A DNA stretch of 64,000 bases, from assembly GCF_032191835.1 (NCBI RefSeq), contig NC_083223.1:163370001-163434000 (forward strand), read 5' to 3'. Source of the DNA: Heteronotia binoei (taxonomy: Eukaryota). Under the pieces are notes generated by a model, which was given only the letters and a program-made list of their open reading frames with translations, had not been told where the DNA came from and did no database searches. Below are positions 63,321-64,000 of the stretch, piece by piece (within the stretch, counting starts at the first letter, position 1; every line of letters begins with the position of its first letter). A program made the translations under genes and the position numbers.

Positions 63321-64000
63321 CCCCAAAACCAGAACCAGGAAAAGGGACAACAGGAGAAGACCAAGAAACTCCACTGTGAAAAAAGTGGCCTTTTAAACAA
63401 TGAAAATTAGGCCAAACAGCACCCCCACCAACAACCAGAAGAGAAAAGGAACAACAGCAGCACAACACAGCAGCAACAAATCAAACACAGAATCCTTTTA
63501 AAACAGTAAAAAACTTAACTTTTAACAGTACAGGAACTTTACCAACCCCCCCCCCCCCCAAAAAAAACCCCTTCACCCTAACCCCAAGAAATCCAAGCCA
63601 CCCAAATCAGGAAAAGTAAAAGGACACTGCACTTTTAAAGTCCTCTCACTAAAGTAAGATATGGGCAAATTGGCAAAAAAACCCCACCCCAGCAGAACCC
63701 CCTAACCCCAAATAAGCTAGTACCCACCACCCAAATCTGGACAAGTAAAGGGACTCTGAGTCTTAAAAAGTCCTTTTACCAACTAAAATAAAAACAAGAA
63801 CCCCAAGACTGTCTTACCTTTTAGGCGTCTTCTCTTACTCCAAGCAAGTCTGGTAAGGCTGAGCAGCAGCAGCTTCCTGAGGCCAAGGGCCAGCCCAGCA
63901 CAGTCTCTCACACACAGACAAAACAACAACATTGTTGCTGATGGCTGGAAGATCAGCTACACAAAAGCCCTTCAAAGCATGCATTTGTAATGCATTTTGC

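Larger units (their letters stand above)
60910..64000 (+). mobile_element. Large non-autonomous hAT-like element with internal tandem modules, running off the window
   Basis: Starts tagggatgtgc. About four ~200-bp modules at 61.2-62.0 kb, a nested solo LTR and a 123-bp tandem repeat. The right end is not seen. Confidence 0.55.

Noticed and set aside
43000-64000. FH or KMO exons expected from mammalian synteny
   Set aside because: No recognisable peptide of either protein in the segments I translated.

Overview
Vertebrate, squamate-type genomic DNA, most likely a gecko (inferred from the SINE and DNA-transposon families). It is mostly intronic or intergenic and dense in transposons. One intact gene is clearly recognisable: the 5' end of RGS7 on the minus strand. 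Its first coding exon is at 21158-21284 (MAQGNNYGQSSNGVVDESPNMLVYRK), a GC-rich promoter/first-exon region lies at about 22.1-22.9 kb with a canonical REST/NRSF site, and positions 1-21157 are the start of the following long intron. At 45535-46806 (+) is a full-length but disabled PIGM (GPI mannosyltransferase I) with one nonsense codon and at least four frameshifts; it keeps an upstream splice acceptor and a candidate CpG promoter at about 42.2-43.0 kb. Downstream on the minus strand are exon-like segments with weak adhesion-GPCR (ADGRG)-like similarity. Repeats include RTEX-, L2- and CR1-type LINEs, Penelope-like fragments, Sauria, MIR/Squam-like and 5S-derived SINEs, hAT-type MITEs, two solo LTRs with 5-bp TSDs, a 37-nt U2 snRNA retro-fragment and a 227-bp fold-back palindrome. 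Coordinates of old repeats are approximate, and family names come from motif recognition, not database searches.
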